64,000 nucleotides of DNA from Gemmatimonadota bacterium. GTDB lineage: Bacteria > Gemmatimonadota > Gemmatimonadetes > Gemmatimonadales > GWC2-71-9. The first letter of the stretch is position 1; every line of letters begins with the position of its first letter. The position numbers and the translations under genes are program-made. The notes under the pieces were generated by a model. The model was not told where the DNA came from, did not search any database, and was given only the letters and a program-made list of their open reading frames with translations. Below are positions 9,963-18,987 of the stretch, one piece after another. The stretch lies in the NCBI GenBank assembly GCA_036679605.1, contig JAZDCZ010000409.1, positions 1 to 64,000 on the forward strand. The letters run 5' to 3'.

Positions 9963-11765
9963 CTACCCCGCGCAACAGGATAGCTTTGCCACATCCTTGT
10001 CAAACGCCTGCGCAGCGAGCTTGATCCCTTCCGATAGGGTCAAGTACGGGTGGAACGCCGATGTCAGGTTCTCGATCGTGAGTCCGAACTGGACGGCGAG
10101 CGCCAGTTCTGTAATCATCTCGCCCGCTTCCGAGGCCAGGATATGGGCACCGACAATCTTCCGTGTGTTTGCGTCGGCCACAAGCTTCACGAAACCACGC
10201 GTGTCGCGTGCCGCAAGCGCACGGGGCACGTGCTCCAGCGGCAACTCTGCGGTTAGTGGCTCCGCGCCCTGCGCCCGGATTTCCTCTGTCGTGAACCCCA
10301 CTGAGGCCACCTGCGGATCGGTGAACGTGACCTTGGGCAAAGCCGTGAGATCGAACGGCCTAGCATTGCCGGTTAGGGCATTCTCTGCGGCCGTGGTCCC
10401 GCCGTAGGCAGCGACGTACACAAACATCGGCTCGCCCGTCACGTCACCCGCGGCGTATATGTCGGGATTCGCCGATTGCAGGTATTCGTTCACCACGATC
10501 TCGCCCTTCTTGCCGAGCGTCACACCAGCCTCGGCGAGGCCGAACCCCTCGGTGTTGGACCGCCGGCCAGTGGCCACCAGGAGTTGTTCTGCCGTCACAG
10601 TGCCGGCGCTGCCGTCCTGTTGGAAGCGCACGGTGTAAACCCCGTTCAGCTCGACCCGCTCGATCGTCACCCCTGCGTGGATCTCCATTCCCTCTGCTGT
10701 CAGGTACTCGGAGAGCGCGTCGCCGATTGTGGGGTCCTCGGCAGGCACGATCCGTGGCAACGCCTCGAGTAGTGTCACCTGCACCCCGAGTCGCAAGAAC
10801 ATCTGGGCTAGCTCGAGCCCGACAGCGCTGGCTCCGATCACGATCAGCGAGGACGGCAGCGCGTCCAGAGCCATGGCCGAGGTGCTGTCCAGATACCCCG
10901 TCTCGGCAAGTCCGGGTATCGGCGCAGCCCAGGGGGACGCTCCAGTGGTGATCACGAGTTTTCCAGTTGTGATGTGGCGCCCATCAGCAAGCGTAATGGA
11001 CGTACCTGATGTCACCGTTGCCCGTTGCTCGAACAGGGTCACTGCTTCATACGATTGCAACACATCACGATACTTCGTCTCACGCATTCCCGTGACGAGC
11101 GCATCTTTGTGGTCCCGCACAGCCGGCCAATCCGGCCAGCCGTTTGTGGCGGCAATGCCCTCGAATGGGTGATGGGTGCGGCGGTGGTTTGCTTCGGCTG
11201 CGCGGATCAGTGTTTTGGATGGGACACACCCCACGTTCACACAGGTGCCCCCCAAGGTACCAAGCTCGGCCATCGCCACCCGGGCGCCCAGTTCCGCACC
11301 TCTGATCGCGGCGCCGAAGCCTGCCGACCCACCGCCGACGATCACGAGATCGAAGTCGCCGTCTCCCCGCGAGATGGGCGTGGTAGCGGTGCGATCCGAA
11401 CTCCCCCGGATGAAATCACCAACTCCCTCCAAGGCCTCGGTGCCCTCTAAGCGCTTGATGTAGTAATCAGGGGCCTTCAGGAACACCTCTCGGCAGTAGG
11501 GGCAACCACAGTAGGGGACTTCTTGCCCCGCATACTCGAACGTGAAGGTCAACTCCGGTGTTTTTTCCGCTAGGCAGGTTGGGCAGGCCACCAGATCCTT
11601 GGTTCGCTGGAGGTGCTGCTCGGGATCAGCGGTGAACTCGTCGGCGCAGTCCTGGCAACAGAAGTGGTATTCGGTGTTGTCATAACTGTACGTCGCCGCC
11701 TTTTCTTTGCTGATTCCTAACCTGACCAGGGAACAACCGCAGTAGGGACAAATGAGCGTTTTCAT
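9963..11765 (-). CDS. merA: Mercuric reductase with two N-terminal YHS/TRASH-like Cys repeats
   Basis: GGGSAG FAD motif, GGTCVNVGCVP, FVYVAA, FHPYLT, C-terminal LSCCAG. Confidence 0.95.
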   Translation of the reverse strand: MKTLICPYCGCSLVRLGISKEKAATYSYDNTEYHFCCQDCADEFTADPEQHLQRTKDLVACPTCLAEKTPELTFTFEYAGQEVPYCGCPYCREVFLKAPDYYIKRLEGTEALEGVGDFIRGSSDRTATTPISRGDGDFDLVIVGGGSAGFGAAIRGAELGARVAMAELGTLGGTCVNVGCVPSKTLIRAAEANHRRTHHPFEGIAATNGWPDWPAVRDHKDALVTGMRETKYRDVLQSYEAVTLFEQRATVTSGTSITLADGRHITTGKLVITTGASPWAAPIPGLAETGYLDSTSAMALDALPSSLIVIGASAVGLELAQMFLRLGVQVTLLEALPRIVPAEDPTIGDALSEYLTAEGMEIHAGVTIERVELNGVYTVRFQQDGSAGTVTAEQLLVATGRRSNTEGFGLAEAGVTLGKKGEIVVNEYLQSANPDIYAAGDVTGEPMFVYVAAYGGTTAAENALTGNARPFDLTALPKVTFTDPQVASVGFTTEEIRAQGAEPLTAELPLEHVPRALAARDTRGFVKLVADANTRKIVGAHILASEAGEMITELALAVQFGLTIENLTSAFHPYLTLSEGIKLAAQAFDKDVAKLSCCAG

Positions 11766-11813
11766 TGTCCACCTCTCAAGTGACTGACAAACTCAAGACC
11801 GTGCATGCCGGCG

Positions 11814-12581
11814 CTATGCTTCGGCTAGTTCTGCCCCACCCTCCTTGATCCCACCAAAAACGAACGGCACCAACCACCGCCGGTCTTCGTCCGTGAGGAA
11901 ATGCTGGATCAACAACCCTAGAGCGGTTCCAAACACCACATGGGCAACAAAGGTGAGCAAGAAAAGTTGCGGCCACGCGAAGTTGTAACCGAACAGTCCC
12001 ACCATCGGGCCCATGGGCGGCCCCATCATCATGCCCAGCTCAAGGACAAGGGACCATGATGTTGCCCAGAGCACTCCGCTAAGGTACGACTTCCGCTTCC
12101 CCCAAACAAAAGCATAGAACAGTCCGAAGTTCGCGCCGTTCAAGTAATGCACCGCCAAGCCCACGGGGTAGAAAAACGCGAAGTTAGCACTACCCGTGGC
12201 CATCTTGCCAAACATGACTGGCGTGTCGGCGGGAAGCCAACCATGAATCACCCCGGCCTGACGCACGGCATCGAGCGCGATAGTCGCAACCGCCCCGAGG
12301 CCGAACCCCACGACGATGCGGCGAAATACGTCGGGGTACCGCCGCCGGCAGTAAAGCGCGATACCCAGAAGAAGAAGCATGGCAGGAACGTAGACCAACG
12401 GTACGTACCACTTTGCGAACAGGTGGGCAGTGGATATCACCTGAGGACCCATGCGGATGCCCTTGAAGTACTCCGCGTAGCCGAACGAGAACGTGACCAG
12501 CTGAATCGGAACCGCACCGCCGGCCACGAACGCTAACGTCGTGAGGGCAACACGGCGGTTGTCCATCTTCGCCGCAGGCAT
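11814..12581 (-). CDS. Uncharacterised multi-pass membrane protein in mer operon
   Basis: About 6 hydrophobic segments; HYLNGANFG, GMMMGPPMGPM, AHVVFG. Confidence 0.75.
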   Translation of the reverse strand: MPAAKMDNRRVALTTLAFVAGGAVPIQLVTFSFGYAEYFKGIRMGPQVISTAHLFAKWYVPLVYVPAMLLLLGIALYCRRRYPDVFRRIVVGFGLGAVATIALDAVRQAGVIHGWLPADTPVMFGKMATGSANFAFFYPVGLAVHYLNGANFGLFYAFVWGKRKSYLSGVLWATSWSLVLELGMMMGPPMGPMVGLFGYNFAWPQLFLLTFVAHVVFGTALGLLIQHFLTDEDRRWLVPFVFGGIKEGGAELAEA

Positions 12582-12592
12582 CAGTCCTTCCC

Positions 12593-13069
12593 TTACTGCC
12601 GAACGGAGCTGACGATCTTTTCGACGACTCCGCGCAATTCGGTGGCAATATCCGCTAATCCGTCGTAGGGCGCGAACTGGTGGACGGGATCATGATACCG
12701 GACCATCACCTGGCCGTTTGGCGCCTCCATCACGAGGATCTTGAGCGGCGGCTCAATTCCCGCGTTCCGGTTCGTCTCGATGACTTGCTTCATGTAACGG
12801 GGATGAAAGAAGAAAACTTGGCGCATCCCCCCAGTGCGCATGCCAACCATCCGGAGCATCTGCTGTGGGTTGACTTCGTTTACCACCATCAGGTTCTCGC
12901 CCTCGATCGCCTGTTTGAGAGTGGCGAGCGTGGCGTTGAAGTCGTGCGCCGACCGCACGGTTACCAAGAAATCCGGCGGTGGTGCGCCCTGCGCTACCAC
13001 CGTCTGCACCGCACCACTCATGAGAACGGCTGCACTGCATACTGCGAGACTACGCCTGATCTGATTCAT
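12593..13069 (-). CDS. Secreted DUF302-domain protein
   Basis: Signal peptide, SAHDFNATLATLKQAI, GIEPPLKILVME; GGAG before ATG 13069. Confidence 0.8.
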   Translation of the reverse strand: MNQIRRSLAVCSAAVLMSGAVQTVVAQGAPPPDFLVTVRSAHDFNATLATLKQAIEGENLMVVNEVNPQQMLRMVGMRTGGMRQVFFFHPRYMKQVIETNRNAGIEPPLKILVMEAPNGQVMVRYHDPVHQFAPYDGLADIATELRGVVEKIVSSVRQ

Positions 13070-13098
13070 TCTGATTCTCCTTTTGGTAGGGATGCCAC

Positions 13099-13428
13099 TC
13101 AGCAGCACCCCGAACCGTTCCCCCCCTGTAGCGCCGCAACAATCTTCTCGACCGTTGGTACTCCCTGAAAACGCCCGTCAGCATTCGCATACACACGACA
13201 ACAGTTGGAATCGGACTCGGAACCCTGTCCGTCGACATCCTGTTCGTCCACGAGGATCGTGGGAGAGCCGTACTGCTTGACGTACGATGGCACACCGTCC
13301 GCCTCGCGGTCCCACTCGTCCCAGACGGGCGTCTCGCCGATCGCGGCGAAGGCGTTGCGTAATTGCTCACGAGCCGCCTCCACATTGGGACAATCCTTGT
13401 CCGTTACCAGTTCAACACGGTGGCTCAT
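13099..13428 (-). CDS. Thioredoxin-fold protein (DUF2703-like, mer-associated)
   Basis: DCPN, YGSPTILVD, CCRVY, C-terminal GCC. Confidence 0.75.
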   Translation of the reverse strand: MSHRVELVTDKDCPNVEAAREQLRNAFAAIGETPVWDEWDREADGVPSYVKQYGSPTILVDEQDVDGQGSESDSNCCRVYANADGRFQGVPTVEKIVAALQGGNGSGCC

Positions 13429-13440
13429 GCCGATCATCTC

Positions 13441-13854
13441 CTAGTTGTGTACGTGCGTGGTGTCATGCACATGCGCGCCTTCTGACTCATCCACCGTTCC
13501 GTTTCCTGCGCCCACCTCCGCCGTAAAGTCCGTGAGTCGTGCCAATTCGGCGATAAACGTCTCCGGATTGGTCACCCTCGGATCGAAGGTGACAATCGCA
13601 CGACCCTTCTCGTACGAAACCTCCGCGTCGTCTACCCCATCCACGTTCTTGAGGGCCACACGGGCCGTCACGGCACACGTCGGTCAGGTCATACCTGTCA
13701 CCGCGAGGGTGACCATATGGGAATTCGGCGCCGCCTCGATAACCATGGCCGCGCGATCGTGTCCCGCCATCTCCTCATGATCCGATTCGACTGAGATCGC
13801 GATCACAACGACACCGACGATACCCGCAAAGACCGCCCATTCAGCTTTGGACAT
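13441..13854 (-). CDS. MerP-like HMA protein with in-frame TGA (candidate selenocysteine, GMT-U-PTC)
   Basis: One continuous frame from ATG 13854: ...VTLAVTGMT[TGA 13686-13684]PTCAVTARVALKNVDGVDDAEVSYEKG...; sits at the merP position after merT. Confidence 0.75.
13650..13670 (-). promoter_or_regulatory. Candidate bacterial SECIS hairpin
   Basis: 13 nt after the UGA: UGA-C-GGCC[CGUGU]GGCC-C-UCA; G in second loop position; loop starts 21 nt after UGA. Confidence 0.5.
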
Positions 13855-13870
13855 CTGTTTCTTCCTTACT

Positions 13871-14209
13871 CTAGAGGAACCACTGGGACCACGTGGGATA
13901 GGTCGCGGCCACCGCTGCGAACGCAGTCGCGATCCAAAGCGTCGTCTTGCTACGACGCCGCACCCTGGGGTCAGCGCACGGCTTGTCAGAATTACACGCC
14001 TTCTTCTCTTCGCGATCGACGAGATAGAACCCGCCGAACAAGAACAAGCCGGTTGCGCCAAGGAAGTAGGGTCTCAGCGGCTCGAACGTGCTGCTCAGTC
14101 CCGCGCCGGAGACCCCTAGGGTGACAGCCACAAGAGGCCCGGCGCAGCAGAGTGCCGACCCGACCGCTGCGCCAACCCCTCCAAATGCTGTCATCGTTGC
14201 TTTGATCAT
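13871..14209 (-). CDS. merT: Mercuric transport protein MerT
   Basis: SALCCAGPL, FEPLRPYF, ACNSDKPC; ATGA overlap with merR stop. Confidence 0.9.
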   Translation of the reverse strand: MIKATMTAFGGVGAAVGSALCCAGPLVAVTLGVSGAGLSSTFEPLRPYFLGATGLFLFGGFYLVDREEKKACNSDKPCADPRVRRRSKTTLWIATAFAAVAATYPTWSQWFL

Positions 14210-14607
14210 GTATCCTCGCTGAGAGCTTCGAGAATCGGACACTCGCTCGCGGGTTCTCGGAGGTCGCATGCCCGCGAAAGCTCGACCAACACCGTTCTCA
14301 TCCTCTCCAACTCGCTGGTCTTCTTTTCGACCATCGCAATCTTCTCTTTGGCTTTGGTCTCGACCGCCGCACATGCAGCCCTATGCTCAACCCGAAGATC
14401 GAGGAGCTCGGCTATCTCCTCCAATGAGAAGCCGATGTTCTGCGCTCGTTTGATGAATCGGAGTCGGGCCACGGCATCAGGATCGTACTGGCGGTATCCC
14501 GACGCGGTTCGCGGTGCTCTTGGGAGCAAGCCGCGGCGCTCGTAATACCGGACGGTTTGGATATTCACCCCAGCGCCCGATGCCACCTGGCCAATCTTCA
14601 TCGCCAT
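14206..14607 (-). CDS. merR: Hg-responsive MerR-family regulator
   Basis: MKIGQVA..VRYYERRGL HTH; three Cys (AACAAV, RACDL, ECPIL); AAGGAG RBS. Confidence 0.88.
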   Translation of the reverse strand: MAMKIGQVASGAGVNIQTVRYYERRGLLPRAPRTASGYRQYDPDAVARLRFIKRAQNIGFSLEEIAELLDLRVEHRAACAAVETKAKEKIAMVEKKTSELERMRTVLVELSRACDLREPASECPILEALSEDT

Positions 14608-14628
14608 ACATCTCTCCTTGTGCTCACT

Positions 14629-14660
14629 ATGATAAACCCTGTACCATAGTATAGAGTCAA
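14629..14660 (-). promoter_or_regulatory. mer promoter/operator
   Basis: TTGACT-CTATACTATGGTACAGGGTT(20 nt)-TATCAT, with an imperfect GTAC-N4-GTAC type dyad. Confidence 0.85.
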
Positions 14661-14712
14661 GCGTCTGTGCACCTGCGGGTCCCAAGGAATGGAAAAGGCC
14701 ATCAAGATCTTT

Positions 14713-14759
14713 CCCAAACGTGACCGGGGGATCGCTCCCCCTCGGGTTCTTCGTTTGGG
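14713..14759. terminator. Long hairpin between DUF2911 gene and mer promoter (possible terminator)
   Basis: CCCAAACG/CGTTTGGG outer stem and GGGGGA-TCGC-TCCCCC inner stem; no adjacent U-tract. Confidence 0.4.
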
Positions 14760-14813
14760 GGGTGCGAGAGAGTCAAGCCCTACCTCGGTTGGGTCATCAA
14801 ATCCGAGAGGGGA

Positions 14814-15455
14814 TCAGTTTCCACCGGCCGAGATAGCGACGCGCACCCTGGTCCGTTCCCACTCGAGAATCACGTGAACGGTACCGTCCGATGAATCCTC
14901 GGCCCGGATAGTGAACGTTTCGACATGACTATCCGTTCGTTCGCTTGCGACCTTTCCACGCCCCACTTCCTGCGCCCGGACTTCGTCCGTGTAAGAACCT
15001 TCCTGTCCCCACTGCGAGTACGAGCGGTTCACGATGATCTCCCATTCGGCCTCGCCCGGCACGGTGTAGATCGAATAGGTGCCGGCCGGCACCCTCACGC
15101 CGACAACCACCAGGGCGACCGGAGTGCGCAGCAGTGTGGGTTCGTTGGCCCCCGTGCGCCAGATTTTCCCGAAGGGGACAACGCCCATCTGGGCGACGGA
15201 CCCTTCCGCTCCAGGGCTACCGATCATCGTGCGCCCTCGGGAAGACGGGCGGCCGTAGCAGATCTTCACTTCTTGTCGGGCCACACTGAACGTCAGAGAA
15301 TCGAGGGGACTTGTGCGTCCTTCAAGAGGCACAATGTCGGTCCGCGCGATACACGACATATCCACCTGTGCCGAAGCGGGTGCTGCCTGGATCAACGCCA
15401 TGCCTGCGGCCATGGTGATGCTCGTCAGGAGCACCGATAAGACTCTTGTAGTCAC
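14814..15455 (-). CDS. DUF2911-domain secreted protein
   Basis: YGRPSSRGR, VPFGKIWRTGANEPT, VPAGTYSIYTVP. Confidence 0.88.
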   Translation of the reverse strand: MTTRVLSVLLTSITMAAGMALIQAAPASAQVDMSCIARTDIVPLEGRTSPLDSLTFSVARQEVKICYGRPSSRGRTMIGSPGAEGSVAQMGVVPFGKIWRTGANEPTLLRTPVALVVVGVRVPAGTYSIYTVPGEAEWEIIVNRSYSQWGQEGSYTDEVRAQEVGRGKVASERTDSHVETFTIRAEDSSDGTVHVILEWERTRVRVAISAGGN

Positions 15456-15525
15456 ACTTCCCTCCAGCAGTAACGGGTTGTAAAGGCCCTGCCACGACAG
15501 TACCGTTCGAAAACAGCAACGTAGT

Positions 15526-16467
15526 TCACATATGCGTTTCGATTTTCAAAACCACGGTGTAGTCGAACTTCGGCTCCCCACCCCGAAGATTCCGGTACAC
15601 CGGCAGCTTCACACCGCCCAATAGTGCCCAGTTGCGATAGGTGAGCCAAAACCCCGGGGATATCGCAAGCACGGTTCCTCCGGTCTGCCCTTGTCTTACG
15701 CCGTTGATAACGGTGCGCCCCGCCGTCACCCCGTTGAACTCCACCAGCAGGAGCGGATCGACTCCGGTGAACTTGGGAAGCCACGGACGAATTCCGACCG
15801 CAGCATCGTACCGGTACTCATTGCCGCGCTTTCGCCCGAACGCCTCTCCATTTGCCCGGACCAAGGCCGATGTCCAGAGGTAGTACCGTAGCCCGTCACG
15901 TGAGACCGTGCCCCCGACCAGGAAATCTGTGGATCCCGAGCCCAACGGCGGGTCGCTGCCGGTGTTGGCGAGCGGGACCTTGACACCCCCGATGAGAGCC
16001 GCGTGATACTGGGTCGGCCCGCTGAAGGAGTGGTAAAACCGCCATTTGGCTCGCAAGACCGCGTCACCGACACCCGTCGCATCACGATTGACCTGACCCA
16101 CTCCCGGCACCAGTCCACGCTCCGACTTGCGCTGAGTGAGCGGGACCGCAAGCGTCAGCGTGAGATCCTGCGTCACACCGTATTGGAACTCCGTGTGAAG
16201 CGCTTGCTGTTTCACCTCGGTCGCACCGGAAGCTTTGGTAGCATCGGCCTCCAAAGAGACACCCACTCCTCCACGCCAAATGGTCTGCGGCCCAAGGCCA
16301 AAGATGGGATTGTGGCGCGCCACGGGACCCGCAGGCATCGGCATCACCGGACGGCGGGGCGGCACCTGCCCAACCGCTGCGCTGGACGCTACAGCACTCG
16401 CGATGGCCCCCAGCGCGGCAACTTTCAACAACGCGTACATCGTAAATTTCCTCAATGCGGACATCAT
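15526..16467 (-). CDS. Putative outer-membrane beta-barrel transporter
   Basis: Signal peptide, GVGDAVLRAKWRF, GVKVPLA, LGSGSTD, alternating beta pattern. Confidence 0.7.
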   Translation of the reverse strand: MMSALRKFTMYALLKVAALGAIASAVASSAAVGQVPPRRPVMPMPAGPVARHNPIFGLGPQTIWRGGVGVSLEADATKASGATEVKQQALHTEFQYGVTQDLTLTLAVPLTQRKSERGLVPGVGQVNRDATGVGDAVLRAKWRFYHSFSGPTQYHAALIGGVKVPLANTGSDPPLGSGSTDFLVGGTVSRDGLRYYLWTSALVRANGEAFGRKRGNEYRYDAAVGIRPWLPKFTGVDPLLLVEFNGVTAGRTVINGVRQGQTGGTVLAISPGFWLTYRNWALLGGVKLPVYRNLRGGEPKFDYTVVLKIETHM

Positions 16468-16493
16468 AAATTTCCTCGCCGGCGAACCGAGCC

Positions 16494-16856
16494 CTACGGT
16501 TTTCGATCGAAATCAGCGAACTCCGACTCGAAGTTCCGTGTGACCTTTGCAACCTCGAACCCGGCGTCTTTCACAGCCTTCTTGAGCAGATCGTTGGAAA
16601 TGTCCGCGTCATCCTTGAGCGTGATCGTTGCAAGCCCGGTCTGCAACACGATCTCGAGATCCTCTACGCCATCCAGTTTCTTGAGCTTCTTCTCGAGTCC
16701 GTAGGCACAGAACGGACAACTCATTCCCAGGACCGTGACCTCGATCTGTCGTGACTTGTTCTCGGGGGCCGCAGCCGCCTCCTCCTGAGCCCACGTCGCG
16801 GGCGCGGCAATGACCAAAGCTGCCGCCGCCGCTAGCGTTGTTCTTAGGACGTTCAT
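16494..16856 (-). CDS. Periplasmic HMA-domain metal chaperone
   Basis: Signal peptide ending TWA-Q, VLGMSCPFCAYGLEKKL, VKDAGF. Confidence 0.88.
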   Translation of the reverse strand: MNVLRTTLAAAAALVIAAPATWAQEEAAAAPENKSRQIEVTVLGMSCPFCAYGLEKKLKKLDGVEDLEIVLQTGLATITLKDDADISNDLLKKAVKDAGFEVAKVTRNFESEFADFDRKP

Positions 16857-16939
16857 TTTCCTAGACTCCTTTCCTCTACGTTGTACTTCTCCCCAAACAG
16901 AAACTTCTTGAATCGTGGTCGCCGGCGAGTCACATGACC

Positions 16940-17998
16940 CTACATCGGCGGCATGGACTGGAACCAATGGTGAAACCACGGTACGTCGTTGGGCCGCATG
17001 GTCGAGTGGGTAAACCCCTCAAACCAGTCTTGCAGGCCCGTCACACCCAAAGTCCAGTGCAGTCCCCACCACCACGCCACAGACGCCAGCGCACCCACGA
17101 GGATCGCTACCACCAACCATACCAACACCTTCTTGCCCAACTCGACTCCGAGTAGGCCGAAATAACGATGCAAGGTGAACGGCATGACTAGCGTTCCCAA
17201 ATAGAACGCCGAGAGGCCGGCATACGTCACGAACTGCGCCTTCCACAGTCCGGCGGCGAATAACGCATTGCCCACGAGAGGCGCGCCTGTGACGTAGGCC
17301 AGTAGCAAGCCGACTACGCCGTTTCCGACCTGCACGAGCGGACCCTTCGTACCCTGCAGTGACAAGTATCCGGGTGATTGACCGAGAGCGAGGAAAAACC
17401 CAACGCCTAACAATCCGAAGAGCAACGGCCACCACAGCGAATAGATCTGGCCGGCCAGTGACATCCCGATCCGCGCCAAGACCGGCCCCCGCCTGGCGAT
17501 CGGTGAGGCTTGGGGAGCTAACTCGATCTCGCGCGCGGCGTCCTGCCGCGCCGACTCCCACAAACTTTCTGGCGTTCGCTTGAGCCCGTACATCAGCACC
17601 ACGAGAGCGACAGCCACAGCAACGAATTGACCCACTACCGGTTGCGGTCCGTTCAGCTCCACAATGAAAAACACGAACCAAAGAAACAGCGCTTGCGCCG
17701 AGACGAGGTACGCCATCACTCCGATCGGGCTGACCCCGTGCGCCAATAATTCCTTGGCCTGCCGGAATATCCGGCTGCGGCTCGGAGGGCTCAGCACCCC
17801 AAGGAGCGCGGCCAGCCCCACCGTCCGCCACCCCTCGTCGCGGGCCTCGAGCACGCGGCGGCGCCAAATATCGAAGAAGAACGATTCGCTCAGGGCCGTG
17901 AGCGCAACCGCAAGCGCCCAGACCCACCAGAGCATCAAGATGAAGTGACCGCCTGTGACCCTCGCCCACAGGATCGTGCTTTCAATGAATGGAGGCAT
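16940..17998 (-). CDS. Uncharacterised permease-like membrane protein
   Basis: 8-9 hydrophobic segments; loosely DUF318-like; tail WFHHWFQSMPPM. Confidence 0.65.
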   Translation of the reverse strand: MPPFIESTILWARVTGGHFILMLWWVWALAVALTALSESFFFDIWRRRVLEARDEGWRTVGLAALLGVLSPPSRSRIFRQAKELLAHGVSPIGVMAYLVSAQALFLWFVFFIVELNGPQPVVGQFVAVAVALVVLMYGLKRTPESLWESARQDAAREIELAPQASPIARRGPVLARIGMSLAGQIYSLWWPLLFGLLGVGFFLALGQSPGYLSLQGTKGPLVQVGNGVVGLLLAYVTGAPLVGNALFAAGLWKAQFVTYAGLSAFYLGTLVMPFTLHRYFGLLGVELGKKVLVWLVVAILVGALASVAWWWGLHWTLGVTGLQDWFEGFTHSTMRPNDVPWFHHWFQSMPPM

Positions 17999-18012
17999 AG
18001 TGATCTACCCTG

Positions 18013-18987
18013 TTATCTAAAAAAGGAAAAGCGAATGCGGGTGCCGAGCTGGACCCGAGTACTGTATTCCAGCTGGGTCCCATTAAGGTCCTGCACAACC
18101 GGAAATTGTACCGATCCCTCGAACAACAACCACGGGGTCGGGATCCACTGGAGATCCGGGCTAAGGAACACCAAGTGACCGCCGGAGTTGGGATTCGTCG
18201 CGCCGCTGATCTCATCTCTTCGGAGCACTTGACCGTTCAGTTCCAGGTATACCATCAGGGACTTATCCCGGAGAGTCTTGTAAACCCACGGTGCAACCCG
18301 GAAGCCTACGGCGACGTCATAGCTGTAGACGTTGCCCGCCTTGAAGCCGTCGTCCCTCGTATTGACGCGGTAGCCCGCGTTGGCAAGAAGCCCCATGCGG
18401 TCGCGCGTCATCGTGAACAACACCTTAAACGGGAAATCCCACGATCCGGACCCTACCTGCAGCGGGCGGGGAGCGTTGGTCCCGTCCGGCAAGTCGGCCC
18501 CGGTCCCACCCACCGGGATCTTGACCCCGCCTTCAATCCCCAAACGCGTGGTCCCCTTGAGACGATTCTTGCTCAAGAAAACCCACTTGGTGTCCACGAG
18601 TACGTCGCCCACTCCACTGCTCGTATAGTTCCGGCGCGTTCCGTCCGGCGCCGTAAAGTCCATGGATTTGCGCACGAACGGGACGATGACGCGAGTGGTC
18701 CACATCGAGGTGATCGCATACGGCAGAACCCCGAACGGCTGCACGAACACGTCTATGTCACGTTGCATCGGATCGGGAATTCCCGTCCCGTCCCGTCGCA
18801 GATCTTCCCGTCCTAGGAATGCGGAGAAGGTGCGCAGTGCTTCCTCCTCGAATCCCGTCGTGATGGCGGTTTCGGTGTGGAAGGGGAGCGCTTGTGCTGC
18901 CGCCTCAGGTGGCGCCAAGACCGTCACAGCATTCAGGACTATAGCCAAGCAAGATCCGGTAACGATGTTGCGTTGAGTTCCTTTCAT
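18013..18987 (-). CDS. Putative outer-membrane beta-barrel transporter (paralogue of 15526-16467)
   Basis: Signal peptide, SGVGDVLVDTKW, GVKIPVG, QVGSGSWD; TGATG overlap with ATPase. Confidence 0.7.
   Translation of the reverse strand: MKGTQRNIVTGSCLAIVLNAVTVLAPPEAAAQALPFHTETAITTGFEEEALRTFSAFLGREDLRRDGTGIPDPMQRDIDVFVQPFGVLPYAITSMWTTRVIVPFVRKSMDFTAPDGTRRNYTSSGVGDVLVDTKWVFLSKNRLKGTTRLGIEGGVKIPVGGTGADLPDGTNAPRPLQVGSGSWDFPFKVLFTMTRDRMGLLANAGYRVNTRDDGFKAGNVYSYDVAVGFRVAPWVYKTLRDKSLMVYLELNGQVLRRDEISGATNPNSGGHLVFLSPDLQWIPTPWLLFEGSVQFPVVQDLNGTQLEYSTRVQLGTRIRFSFFR

Noticed and set aside
13099..13110. CC-TGA as a second Sec site
   Set aside because: Read-through adds only about 10 unremarkable residues over the next gene's RBS, and no convincing hairpin follows.
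14769..14778. Second copy of the mer -35 sequence (AGAGTCAAGC)
   Set aside because: No dyad or -10 at a suitable spacing; probably coincidental.
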